Below the pieces are notes generated by a model, which did not search any database, was not told the origin of the DNA, and saw only the letters and a list, made by a program, of their open reading frames with translations. From Methanocalculaceae archaeon (GTDB lineage: Archaea > Halobacteriota > Methanomicrobia > Methanomicrobiales > Methanocorpusculaceae): a stretch of DNA of 64,000 nt. This document shows positions 9,728-19,249 of the stretch, in pieces. The number at the start of each line of letters is the position of its first letter. The first letter of the stretch is position 1. The position numbers were made by a program, and so were the translations under genes. The DNA lies in the NCBI GenBank assembly GCA_031262705.1, contig JAISHD010000019.1:61-64060 (forward strand). The letters are read 5' to 3'.

Positions 9728-10212
9728 TTATACCCTTCCAAAACCACCTCTTCCAGATTTACTTTGAGCAGCAGCAGAATCTCCTTTGCAAACTCCAGTG
9801 CCGCAGAACCGTTTTCGGTGATAATGCAGTGCTTGGGATTTCATCATAAACTCAAGCGTATTTCCTGTGTGGGAAATCTCATCCAGATACCCATGGTCGA
9901 CCATGAAGTTCGCCGCATTACAGGCGCCCACCGGAATGTGTTTCTCCACCGCATACGCGACAACCGGCAACCCCGAATCATTCTTCTGTCCCATCCATGC
10001 TCTGTCCCGGGAGAATCAACCTGGCAAATCCTTGCGGACGTCGGCCGTGTAGTCGGGAAGGACGCGAAAACCGCCCATAGAAACGTTCGGCTCTTTATCG
10101 AAACTGATCGTCCTCACGGCATATTCAGTCTCAGATGCGTTCGCTCGGAGCAGACAAAGGCCGGCTCCCAGTCGGCATAACCGTCAAAAATAAACGCCAG
10201 AACTTTTTTTAT
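9728..10212 (-). pseudogene. DJ-1/PfpI (type 1 glutamine amidotransferase-like, YoaZ-like) relic
   Basis: (ATA)KKVLAFIFDGYADWE..., SMGGFRVLPDY, VGAC, HTGNTL fragments in different frames; start codon lost. Confidence 0.7.
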
Positions 10213-10228
10213 CAGTATCCTCCGAAGG

Positions 10229-11092
10229 TTAGATGAGCGGCTCGGGGATACTGCCCATGTCACTTACCGGAAGGCGCGTATTCTTCACCAAAATCGGCTG
10301 ATCTGTTTCAATCAGTCGTTCCATGATAAGCATCTTTCCCGCTTTTGATGTGGCAAAGACTGGCACGCCGACTCCTCCCTGTACCAGTGCCGTGGATGCG
10401 GCAACGTCCCGCACATACTTCGACGCGCAGGAGAAGATCAGATCCGACACTTTTGCCAGCCGCAGCGCATCTTCAAGCGACGCCACCGAGGAGGTGTGCA
10501 CCACAATGATCAGCGCGTCCGGATACTTCTCCCGAATCTCTTCGGCAAGTTCGTGCTGAAACCCGGCAATGGTTACTGCGACCTTCGTCCATCCCATCTC
10601 CTTGGCTTTGGCAAGACCTGCAAGCGCGTCCATTGATCCTGTGTCAGGGTTAACCACAATGCCGCCTTCTGTCTCAATGCGTGCAATGACTTCAGGATAG
10701 GGTGTGGTGGAGACAAGACCAGACATCCTGCCGCCGATACCCTGCACCATTTCAGGTGAGCGGACGACCACTGTTCCCGCCCCGTCGCAGGCGATGATTG
10801 CTGCTTCCAGCGTTCCCGTGCGCAGACCGGTGTTCATCAGTTCGGATGCGCCGAAGAGCACAAATGTTTCCTTGTCCAGAACCTCGCGGTCTCTGGTACA
10901 CATGCCGAACCGCTGAATCCGTGCCGAGATGTTTGCGGCAACGGATTTACTTGTGATCGGGTCCACCGGGTTGGCAAACCGTTTTGCAAGCGGGCAGGAT
11001 CTAATCTTTGGTTCACCGGTTTCGGCGACAACGCCGTCACGAATGACCACGCGGGTCATTCCAACTGCTTCGATAATATGCTCGTCAGCCAT
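10229..11092 (-). CDS. Methanogenesis marker 8 protein (DUF2099)
   Basis: DEHIIEAVG, CPL, FGMCT, FGASE, ACDGAGTV, QGIGGRMSGLVSTTP. Confidence 0.88.
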   Translation of the reverse strand: MADEHIIEAVGMTRVVIRDGVVAETGEPKIRSCPLAKRFANPVDPITSKSVAANISARIQRFGMCTRDREVLDKETFVLFGASELMNTGLRTGTLEAAIIACDGAGTVVVRSPEMVQGIGGRMSGLVSTTPYPEVIARIETEGGIVVNPDTGSMDALAGLAKAKEMGWTKVAVTIAGFQHELAEEIREKYPDALIIVVHTSSVASLEDALRLAKVSDLIFSCASKYVRDVAASTALVQGGVGVPVFATSKAGKMLIMERLIETDQPILVKNTRLPVSDMGSIPEPLI

Positions 11093-11151
11093 AGGAATCA
11101 CGTAACTGGTACATAGATATGGTTCTGCAAAAAACATAAGATAGTTACACC

Positions 11152-11883
11152 ATGGGACGATATTGGGAGCTGGACACGGGCAGCGGCGTGGCAATTCTTC
11201 TGATGATAGGATATCACGTACTGTTTCAGCTCAGTTTTTTTGCACCGGACCAAATCCCCTGGTTCAACCCGTATGTTCTGACCGGTGCCCCGATTGCGTT
11301 TTTATTTGTGACGATTGCAGGTGTTTCCCTCATCCTCTTCACGGCAAAAGAGAACAGTTTGCCGAAAGCTGCGAGGAAGATGTTTGTCCGCGGCATCTAT
11401 ATCCTCTGTTTTGCGGCGGTGATCACGATGGCGTCCTGGCTGATTTTCCCGTCCGAGATGATAGTGTTCGGTATTCTGCATCTGATCGGCTGCGCAACGA
11501 TTTTTGCCATACCTTTTGTTGTGCTGAAAATCAGTGGATGGATCACCTTTGGTTTCGGTATTATCATCATTGCCGTTTCGCCGCTGCTTGACTATGTCCG
11601 GGGTCCTGCATTTCTGATTCCATTCGGCATAACACCGGTCGGATTTGCAACGCTGGACTATGAACCGCTGATTCCCTGGTTTGGTGTGCTGCTTATCGGT
11701 GTTGCCCTTGGTTCTGTTCTCTATAAGGGTGGTGTCCGCTGCAAGGCGCTTGCCGGGCTCGGTGAGATGCCGAAAGCGGCAGCACCTGTTGCGTTCCTGG
11801 GTCGTCACTCACTTCTCATCTATCTGATCCACAACCCGATCATCTTCGTAATTCTTTTTGCTGCGGGTTTTGTTTCGCTATAG
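11152..11883 (+). CDS. DUF1624 / heparan-alpha-glucosaminide N-acetyltransferase-domain membrane protein
   Basis: RYWELD, FGILHLIG, DYEPLIPW, GRHSLLIYLIH. Confidence 0.85.
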   Translation: MGRYWELDTGSGVAILLMIGYHVLFQLSFFAPDQIPWFNPYVLTGAPIAFLFVTIAGVSLILFTAKENSLPKAARKMFVRGIYILCFAAVITMASWLIFPSEMIVFGILHLIGCATIFAIPFVVLKISGWITFGFGIIIIAVSPLLDYVRGPAFLIPFGITPVGFATLDYEPLIPWFGVLLIGVALGSVLYKGGVRCKALAGLGEMPKAAAPVAFLGRHSLLIYLIHNPIIFVILFAAGFVSL

Positions 11884-11969
11884 AGCAGGGTGAAATACTT
11901 TCGCGGCAGTACAGCAATCCAGCTGCGATGGAAATCTATTTATCAATCAGCGATAGAACTCTCTGTAAT

Positions 11970-13460
11970 ATGACGGCAGGTTTTTTTGACCGATTTACCG
12001 CGAAGAAACCGTGGATTGTGGAAAGTGTTCCCCCACCGGTTACCGGACACGGAGCAGGGATGAGTGTTCCTGAATACAAATCAAAACCGTATTTCATCGT
12101 TGCATCCGTTGAGATGGGAAATACGACAACAAAATGTATTCTTACCGGGACCGATCTGGAAGAGGGAAGATCCTATGTAATCAACAAAACGGTCTCTATG
12201 AGCCGTGACGTTCGTCCCCCCAAACCCAGAGAAGCCGTATTTGGCACAACACTTGACGGAACCGAACTGACCCGTGAGTCCGTGACGGAACTGGTGCGGG
12301 ATACCCTGATTAAATGTCATCGTGATGCGGATCTGAGCATCAAAACCGATCTGGACTTTGTAGTCAGAAGTACCGGTGTTGTTGCTGCGATGGACTCCCC
12401 CGATCAGGTGGGAGAGTTCATCGTGGCTCTTGCCAACGGCTGTCTTGAAGCGGGTGTTCCTCCCAAAAAGATGACGCCGCCAATGGGAAAGGATAACCTC
12501 CCTCCCAAACTGCGCGAGTTCAGCTTTGCCGATCGGCTGGTCTTCACCGGAGCCGTGGCAGGCGTTACACCGCCTGCCGGAGCATCTGGTGTGGAGATGG
12601 TCGCAAACGAGATGGAAGGCGAACTTGCCATGGCAGGAATCAAAGAAGGAGCAAAGTGGACGCCCGTTGATTTCCGCAACCCCTGCATCTCCATGGACTT
12701 TGGAACAACACTTGACGGCCGTATCACGAGCGACGTCGACCCGAATGCACAAAGTCCGTTTGCCAAAACCATCGGTAACTTCTGCGGTCTTGCCGGCGCA
12801 ATTCCTGATGCCATTATCCGCGGCACAGGCCTCGTGGACAAAAAGAAAGGAACAGCGCTGGACCTCTTTGGCGAAAGCTGCAGACCTGCGGCAAACCGCG
12901 CAACCAAAAAAGCAATGCCCTATGTGGAACGGTGTCTTGCGCTCCTCGACATCACCGAAGTTCCCGCCGATCGCAAACACTTCGGTAAAGTACCGGTCTG
13001 TGCAGACGTCGCAAAAGCATCCGGTATCTATCTCCTCGGTGTTGATGCCGGTCACGACGGTGACAAGATTCCAGAGCTTGAGGCAATCGGTGCCGAACTT
13101 GCAAAGAACGAGAGCAAAGAGGTTATCCGCGAGGTAATTGATCGACTGTGCGCGGCAATTGCACTCAAGATCATTGATCTCTGCAGCGAACGCGAACTCC
13201 TCCCGCCAAACAGCTCAATCGGATTTACCGGTCGTGCCATCATCTCCGGCAACAAACCGCAGTATATTTTGGACGGTGTTACCGAACGCGGTCTCTATGA
13301 CGAACCCATGACGCATCTGGTGTTCGTGGACGATGGACTGGCACGAGGTGCAGCGCTGATGGGCAGATGTATGAACAGTCTCGGCCACCCGAAATGTCCT
13401 ATCGGCGGCGTCCGCGGTGGAAAGTGTATTATGGCCAAACGTCAGAAGATTGGAAGGTGA
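11970..13460 (+). CDS. Methanogenesis marker 14 protein
   Basis: VASVEMGNTTTKCIL, VVRSTGV, DFGTTLDGR, DDGLARGAALMGRCMNSLG. Confidence 0.88.
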   Translation: MTAGFFDRFTAKKPWIVESVPPPVTGHGAGMSVPEYKSKPYFIVASVEMGNTTTKCILTGTDLEEGRSYVINKTVSMSRDVRPPKPREAVFGTTLDGTELTRESVTELVRDTLIKCHRDADLSIKTDLDFVVRSTGVVAAMDSPDQVGEFIVALANGCLEAGVPPKKMTPPMGKDNLPPKLREFSFADRLVFTGAVAGVTPPAGASGVEMVANEMEGELAMAGIKEGAKWTPVDFRNPCISMDFGTTLDGRITSDVDPNAQSPFAKTIGNFCGLAGAIPDAIIRGTGLVDKKKGTALDLFGESCRPAANRATKKAMPYVERCLALLDITEVPADRKHFGKVPVCADVAKASGIYLLGVDAGHDGDKIPELEAIGAELAKNESKEVIREVIDRLCAAIALKIIDLCSERELLPPNSSIGFTGRAIISGNKPQYILDGVTERGLYDEPMTHLVFVDDGLARGAALMGRCMNSLGHPKCPIGGVRGGKCIMAKRQKIGR

Positions 13461-13466
13461 GCTGAT

Positions 13467-13700
13467 ATGACTGAAGCAGAAGATGTGGATTTAGTCGTGC
13501 CGCCGGGAACACCCCGCACGATTATCCGAGATATTTCCCTCAACTTTGAGGTGGAGATGGTCAGTGTAACGCGACCGCTGAACTATGCAAACATGGTAAA
13601 TGACGAACGTGAGCTGATCGCATTCCGCGGCAGGCCCGAAGAGATCAAAAAAGCAGAAGCGTTCCTTCTGGAAAAACTCAGAGAATTTATTGACAGCTGA
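13467..13700 (+). CDS. Small hypothetical protein
   Basis: GGTGA RBS, 6 nt after the marker-14 stop; LVVPPG motif. Confidence 0.7.
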   Translation: MTEAEDVDLVVPPGTPRTIIRDISLNFEVEMVSVTRPLNYANMVNDERELIAFRGRPEEIKKAEAFLLEKLREFIDS

Positions 13701-13747
13701 ATCTGATCATCAGAACAGCTGCATATATTCTTTTTTCTACAAGTGCT

Positions 13748-14779
13748 CTACTGTACCGGTAGGTTCGGGCCGCGCTGTTCCGTTGTACCGTCTGCATACC
13801 GGGCAAACCGCACCTCACCTGTATCATGAACCGGATCCGGCACATTCCACGGCCAGCCGCCGAAACCGGTTCTCTGATAATCACGGAACGCCTCCTGAAT
13901 CTCACGCTCGCTGTTCATAACGAACGGTCCGTACTGCACAACCGGTTCATTGATCGGCTCTCCTTCGAGCAGCAGGAGAAGACAGCGGTTGCTGCCTGCT
14001 TTTATCATCACGTCAGCTTCTCCTGCAAGCTTGATGCGATGATACGGCGCAACCCTACTGCCGTCAACGGTGACCTCGTCACCTTCGTAGAAGTAGAGAT
14101 TGCGCGAAAGTGACTCGGATATGCCGAGGAGGAGAATTTCAGCATCAGGATTCATACGGATCATAAGGATTCTTACATGATGGGAGAATTCAGCCGCCCA
14201 TGATGCAGCCGGCGGTTCGGGTGCCTGCACTTCCTGAAATGATCCGGCAATGACACGCACAACGTATTCATTTCTGCGTGCATCAGCGGTAATAACCTCA
14301 GGAATATCTTCAGACCAGAACATTTTATAGACTGGATCGGTGAATTTGTCTTTTCGGGGCAGGTTCAGCCATATCTGAAAAAATTCCAGAGGGTTTTCCG
14401 TATCCTGATGAATCAGGGGAAACATCTCAGCATGCTGGCAACCGCTTCCTGCCGTCATCCACTGAACATCACCGTTGCCGTACCGGCCCGCAGAACCAAG
14501 GGAATCGGAGTGATCCACATAGCCCCGGAGAGTAACCGTGACCGTTTCAAAGCCGCGGTGCGGGTGTTCGGGAAATCCCGGAACACGGTGTCCGTGATAC
14601 ATGCGGTATCCGTCGCGGACGGTGAAGTCATTGCCGAGATTTCTCCCTGCAAGAGATGCAGCAGGACCGAGGTCTTTTTCTCCTTTCGGATATGCGTCTT
14701 TGTGGTGGGCACAAAAGAGGAAGGGATTCTCCGTCTGAAAAGGAAATCCGAGTTTTTCTATGGTGAGGATGGAAGACAT
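13748..14779 (-). CDS. Pirin family protein
   Basis: GFPEHPHRGFETVT, HSDSLG, VQWMTAGSGCQHAE, GPFVMN. Confidence 0.92.
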   Translation of the reverse strand: MSSILTIEKLGFPFQTENPFLFCAHHKDAYPKGEKDLGPAASLAGRNLGNDFTVRDGYRMYHGHRVPGFPEHPHRGFETVTVTLRGYVDHSDSLGSAGRYGNGDVQWMTAGSGCQHAEMFPLIHQDTENPLEFFQIWLNLPRKDKFTDPVYKMFWSEDIPEVITADARRNEYVVRVIAGSFQEVQAPEPPAASWAAEFSHHVRILMIRMNPDAEILLLGISESLSRNLYFYEGDEVTVDGSRVAPYHRIKLAGEADVMIKAGSNRCLLLLLEGEPINEPVVQYGPFVMNSEREIQEAFRDYQRTGFGGWPWNVPDPVHDTGEVRFARYADGTTEQRGPNLPVQ

Positions 14780-14835
14780 TGCTCTTTCGAGATTTTTGTC
14801 CTCAGGCAATAAATACCCGTGGAAGGTACTAAAAA

Positions 14836-15543
14836 TTATTTGGAGAAGTACGGGCAGCGTTCTCGCAGACATTCCCGGTTTCGGGGGGAAAATTCGCAAC
14901 GAGGCTGCTCTGGCCACTCCATCGCAATGCCGGTATGCTCTCGGATGCATCGGACGGCTGTCTCGAGTGCAAGGTACGTATCACGTTTGCAGCAGCGCGG
15001 CCCTCCAACCCTTCCAATCGCAGTAAGGCAGGCAGCAGTCAGAAGATTTGCTTCTCCCCATGACTCCGTACTCAGCAGATTTGTCTTTGTTGCAATGGAG
15101 TAGCACATTCCTGCACTGACCGCAGCACCGCAGGCCCCCGCAAGTCCGCAGAACCCACCCGGCACCATTGCACCGCGCCGGATCATTTCATCAAGGGCAG
15201 CGGGGAGATCGATCTCCCCGCCGGCGTTCCGGTATGCGGCGAGAAGTGCGGCACCTGCGAGAATGTGGTGCTCCGGTCCGTGCATGTGTACTGCAGGACT
15301 CTGCATCATCGCGGCTGCAACCACAAACGGATCTTTTGACGAAGTTGTCATCGCAACACTGCGGATAACAGCCGCAGCAGGCGCTGCATGACAGGCGTCG
15401 CAGACGAAGTGTCCGTGTATGCACGCGGCGTTGCTTGCATATTTTCTGCCGCAGAGAGCACAGGTCATCTCTCGCGCGGTCTCCTGATAACGGAGAGGAG
15501 CACCGCAGATGAGACATGCCGGTTCTGTTGGGTTATTTTGCAT
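14836..15543 (-). CDS. DUF5714-like Cys-rich protein
   Basis: CLIC..CALC..CIHGHFVCDACH, HMHGPEHH, GGFCGLAGACG, GPRCCKR. Confidence 0.8.
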   Translation of the reverse strand: MQNNPTEPACLICGAPLRYQETAREMTCALCGRKYASNAACIHGHFVCDACHAAPAAAVIRSVAMTTSSKDPFVVAAAMMQSPAVHMHGPEHHILAGAALLAAYRNAGGEIDLPAALDEMIRRGAMVPGGFCGLAGACGAAVSAGMCYSIATKTNLLSTESWGEANLLTAACLTAIGRVGGPRCCKRDTYLALETAVRCIREHTGIAMEWPEQPRCEFSPRNRECLRERCPYFSK

Positions 15544-15550
15544 TTTTGTC

Positions 15551-16435
15551 TCACCAAGTAATCATCTGAAGGATGCAGCCGGTGGATACGGCGGCAACAA
15601 ATATCATTGTCACAAATACAGCAACAAGTCTCTTTTCAAATATTGCAGATAGCATAGTAATCTCCGGGATACTCATCCCTGCACCTCCAATAAGGAGAGC
15701 TGCAACTGCTCCCATACTCATCCCTTTCTCAAGAAGCACTGCCGCGATAGGAAGAATGGTCTCCGCACGAATATACAGTGGGATTCCAATAAGTGCAGCT
15801 ACTGGAATTGCAAAGAAATTTTCCGGTCCTGCTGCTGCCAACACCCAATCGGTAGGAAGAAATCCATAAATGAATGCACCAATAGCTGCCCCAAGAAGCA
15901 GATACGGCAGCATCTGCCGAAAAATGGTGAGGGCAAAATGAATTATCTGCTGACTTTTTGCTCCAGAAATGATGAGTTCTCCCTCAATTGCAACCTGTTT
16001 AAGATATTTCCGGTAACCGGAACGATCCAGAACGAGCCCGATTACAACGGCAAAGACAAACATTACCACTGCATAGACAACGGTAATGACCGGGCCGAAA
16101 ATTACCAGCATCATTGCCAAAATCACTGGATTCAGCAATGGTGAGGCAAAAAGAAATGCCATTGAACTTGAAAATGCCACTCCCGATTTCAGGAGACCGA
16201 GTGCGATTGGAATTGTAGAGCAGGAGCAGAACGGAGTCAGCGCACCAAAACCTGCTCCAAGTATACTTCCAGTTATAGTCCCAGTTCTACCAAGGATCCT
16301 CTGCATCTTTTCACGGGAAACGTATGCCTGTAAAATGCCTACCAGCAAACTGACTACTACGAAAAGAATCAGTAACTCTGCTGTGATGATCAGAAAATAT
16401 GATCCGGTAGAAATGAGTGTTTCGGCAAGACTCAT
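15551..16435 (-). CDS. arsP: ArsP/DUF318-type permease
   Basis: TPFCSCSTIP, ASPLLNP, GIPLYIR, GAGMSIPE. Confidence 0.8.
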   Translation of the reverse strand: MSLAETLISTGSYFLIITAELLILFVVVSLLVGILQAYVSREKMQRILGRTGTITGSILGAGFGALTPFCSCSTIPIALGLLKSGVAFSSSMAFLFASPLLNPVILAMMLVIFGPVITVVYAVVMFVFAVVIGLVLDRSGYRKYLKQVAIEGELIISGAKSQQIIHFALTIFRQMLPYLLLGAAIGAFIYGFLPTDWVLAAAGPENFFAIPVAALIGIPLYIRAETILPIAAVLLEKGMSMGAVAALLIGGAGMSIPEITMLSAIFEKRLVAVFVTMIFVAAVSTGCILQMITW

Positions 16436-16560
16436 TTCGAGTCTCCTTTTTCTTCATCTGATTTTTCCGGAACAATATTTACATTGCAGCAACAGCAATT
16501 TTTGCCGGAGATTATCTTTTTAAACTTTTTGAACAGCCCATTCTCTTTTTCGTCTTTCAT
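16432..16560 (-). CDS. 42-aa tetra-cysteine microprotein (absent from the ORF track)
   Basis: MKDEKENGLFKKFKKIISGKNCCCCNVNIVPEKSDEEKGDSK; fills the arsR-arsP gap and its stop overlaps the arsP start (ATGA). Confidence 0.7.
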   Translation of the reverse strand: MKDEKENGLFKKFKKIISGKNCCCCNVNIVPEKSDEEKGDSK

Positions 16561-16565
16561 AATTG

Positions 16566-16904
16566 TTACTCCACGATGGTGTGTTCACAGTGGTCTGCTG
16601 CTTTGCAGTTTCCAAGTCGCATCATGTCCTCTGGATAGGTGGAGGTCTGAGGTAGTGTGCGGGATAGATATTGGTACAGTTCTTTTGGAAACGTTTCACT
16701 GATTTGGTAGTAAGCCCATTGTGCCTGTTTCCTTCCAGAGAGAACGCCGGCATTTTTGAGAATGGTCAGATGCCTTGATACATTTGACTGGGACATATTC
16801 AGGATGTCCATGATCTCGCAGACACAGAGTTCTCGCTGCATTAAAAGACTGACCATACGAAGCCGCGTTGCATCACCAAGGGCTTTGAATATCTGTTCAG
16901 TCAT
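16566..16904 (-). CDS. arsR: ArsR/SmtB family metalloid-responsive repressor
   Basis: FKALGDATRL, ELCVCEI, SQSNVSRHL. Confidence 0.92.
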   Translation of the reverse strand: MTEQIFKALGDATRLRMVSLLMQRELCVCEIMDILNMSQSNVSRHLTILKNAGVLSGRKQAQWAYYQISETFPKELYQYLSRTLPQTSTYPEDMMRLGNCKAADHCEHTIVE

Positions 16905-17289
16905 AGTGCATTGTCTCCGCCAGCGCTCGGACATGATCAGAAATTGTGTGAATAATTGCGAGAAATTCTTCATCGGATTTTCCGTTAGGATCGTCAATCC
17001 TCCATGATATTTTTTGGGAAACCGGCATGGTCGGACAGGTAATTTCACATCCCATTGTTACGAGAATATCAATTTGAGGAAGTTCGGAAATCGTCTTTGG
17101 TTTTTGACGGGTCATGTCAATGCCGTAGTATGTTTTCATCAGGCGAATTGCAGAGGAGTTGATCTCATAGACAGGATCCGTTCCTGCTGAATAGGTGTCA
17201 AACTGATCTCCTGCATAAATTTTGCACAGAACTTCTGCTATCTGTGATCTGCAAGAGTTGTGAACACAGACGAATGCAATTTTTTTCAT
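16897..17289 (-). CDS. arsC: Arsenate reductase, LMW-PTP (thioredoxin-type) family
   Basis: CVHNSCRSQ P-loop, TMGCEITCP, WRIDDP. Confidence 0.9.
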   Translation of the reverse strand: MKKIAFVCVHNSCRSQIAEVLCKIYAGDQFDTYSAGTDPVYEINSSAIRLMKTYYGIDMTRQKPKTISELPQIDILVTMGCEITCPTMPVSQKISWRIDDPNGKSDEEFLAIIHTISDHVRALAETMHYD

Positions 17290-17633
17290 CTCTTTTTCTC
17301 CTCGTGACAACATCCTTGAATACAACAGCATCCCTCGTTTTTTTCCTCAATAAGATGTCTGGGAATATTCAGAATCTGTCGTATCTCTTCGTTTAATGGA
17401 TATCTTCCAGTTATCATTGCAAAGCCGTTCACCATGATTACTGGGAGAATATTTTCCCCGTGCTGTGCAATAAGACGACCAATGATGGTGTCATCGCGAA
17501 ATTTTTCCGGAGATTCACTTGGATAATATCGGTCAATGTGAATGCCGTTTCCTTTAAGATGGGAAATCAATGCACTTATCCGCAAATTTTCGAGATCTGA
17601 GGGGGATGTTGTTTTTGTCTCAAAAATCTCCAT
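17286..17633 (-). CDS. arsD: ArsD-like metallochaperone lacking the N-terminal Cys triad
   Basis: IDRY..S..P, GENILPVIMVNG, TGRYPLNEEI and C-terminal GCCCIQGCC. Confidence 0.75.
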   Translation of the reverse strand: MEIFETKTTSPSDLENLRISALISHLKGNGIHIDRYYPSESPEKFRDDTIIGRLIAQHGENILPVIMVNGFAMITGRYPLNEEIRQILNIPRHLIEEKNEGCCCIQGCCHEEKKR

Positions 17634-17642
17634 CGTGGCCAC

Positions 17643-17678
17643 ATATCACTATATGCAAATATTTGCATATAGTGATAT
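17643..17678. promoter_or_regulatory. Perfect 36-bp palindrome, probable ArsR operator
   Basis: ATATCACTATATGCAAAT|ATTTGCATATAGTGATAT immediately upstream of arsD. Confidence 0.75.
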
Positions 17679-17754
17679 TCATTTGTATTATTTCAGAACG
17701 GTAAGACACAGTATGTGTTCTAAAAAGGACACATAATATAATATCAAAAAGAAG

Positions 17755-17826
17755 AGCCTCAGGCGAGAGTTGAACTCGCGACCTCGTCCTTACCAAGGAC
17801 GCGCTATGCCACTAAGCCACTGAGGC
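17755..17826 (-). tRNA. tRNA-Thr(GGT)
   Basis: Reverse complement GCCTCAG...CTTGGTAAG...GTTCAAC...CTGAGGCT forms a cloverleaf. Confidence 0.95.
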
Positions 17827-17960
17827 GCATTGTGTGATAACAAAGTAGGAGGTTTCCGAATTTAAACATTATGAATTGAAGACGAAAATCCGACCGTCAG
17901 CGTTTGCCGGAAGAGATCCCCTTCCCTCGCACATGCCAGAAAAATTGTTCCTTTGCATAG

Positions 17961-19184
17961 TCAGAGAATCTGTCTGATGCGCTGCGCCGCAAGAAACGCC
18001 GTCGAAAAGCATGCCTGAATATTATAACCTCCGGTATCTCCGTCGATATCCAAAACTTCGCCGACACAGAACAATCCGGGTGCGATTTTCGACTCACAGG
18101 TCTTCTTATTGATCTCATTCAGCACCACCCCACCCGCCGTCACCATCGCAACCCGGAAATCTCCTACATGATCGATATCCACCTGATACGCAGTAAGATT
18201 TCTTACCAGCCGTGACCGCTGTACTGCAGTCAGTTGAGAACCGGTCGTTCCTTCCGGAATACCTGACTCCTTTACCATCTGTTTTATCAGCCGGTCTGGA
18301 CACCCTACATCATCCAGAAGATTCTTCACCTGTTTCGTCCCGGACGCAGTACACGCAGTACGGATCAGAACATCCAGTTCCTCAGCCTTTTTTGGAGAAA
18401 ATGCAATTCTGATCTGATCTCCTGCCCGCATCCATCGTGCCGCATCCAGAATCACCGGCCCGGAGTAGCCGAACCGTGTAATCAGCAGATCTCCAAAACG
18501 CGCAAACAGTTTCCTCCCGTCGCGCCAGACCGAGATTCTTGCCCCGGGAATCGAGATGCCCGACAGATCCGCCAGCCGGTGATCGCTGACATACACCGGT
18601 GCAAGCGACGGATGCGGCTCCGCAATTGAGTGGCCGAGCGTCTCAGCAAACATAAACCCGTCGCCGGTAGAACCGGTCTGCGGATAGGACTTCCCTCCCG
18701 TTGCAAGAACCAGAACTTTCGCATAATACGTACCGTGCAGAGTCTTAACCGCGTACATCCCGTTGTTAAAAGAAACCATTTCCGCAGGAGTATAACTGAG
18801 AATCTCCGTTCCCGCCTCATCACAGGCATCCAGCAGCGCATCTAAAATATCATCCGCCGAAAGTGACGCCGGAAACACCTTGCTCGACTCCTTCTCCACA
18901 AATGAAACTCCCCGTTCCTCAAAAAAATTCCGTACCGAAGTGTTTGGAAACGCCATCAGCGCGGGCCGCAGAAACGCGCCGTGATCCCCGTAGTGGTCGG
19001 TGAAACTGTTCACCTCGCCCGCATGGGTAATATTGCATTGACCGGAACCCGCAATCAGCAGCTTTCTTCCCGGCAGAACCATCTTCTCCAGTACGAGTAC
19101 CCGTGCAGGAGCAAGATGTGCTGCGCAGAAGAGACCCGCAGGCCCCGCCCCGATAACGATGCAGTCATACTCCCGGCCCAACAT
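17961..19184 (-). CDS. BaiN/HI0933-family NAD(P)/FAD-dependent oxidoreductase
   Basis: GAGPAG, GRKLLIAGSGQCNITH, GGKSYPQTGSTGDG, VTAGGV, DGDTGGYN. Confidence 0.92.
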   Translation of the reverse strand: MLGREYDCIVIGAGPAGLFCAAHLAPARVLVLEKMVLPGRKLLIAGSGQCNITHAGEVNSFTDHYGDHGAFLRPALMAFPNTSVRNFFEERGVSFVEKESSKVFPASLSADDILDALLDACDEAGTEILSYTPAEMVSFNNGMYAVKTLHGTYYAKVLVLATGGKSYPQTGSTGDGFMFAETLGHSIAEPHPSLAPVYVSDHRLADLSGISIPGARISVWRDGRKLFARFGDLLITRFGYSGPVILDAARWMRAGDQIRIAFSPKKAEELDVLIRTACTASGTKQVKNLLDDVGCPDRLIKQMVKESGIPEGTTGSQLTAVQRSRLVRNLTAYQVDIDHVGDFRVAMVTAGGVVLNEINKKTCESKIAPGLFCVGEVLDIDGDTGGYNIQACFSTAFLAAQRIRQIL

Positions 19185-19249
19185 GTACAGTATATTCTCC
19201 CGCAACCCTTATTTCATCTTCCCTCCAATAAACAAGGAGCACTTTACAG

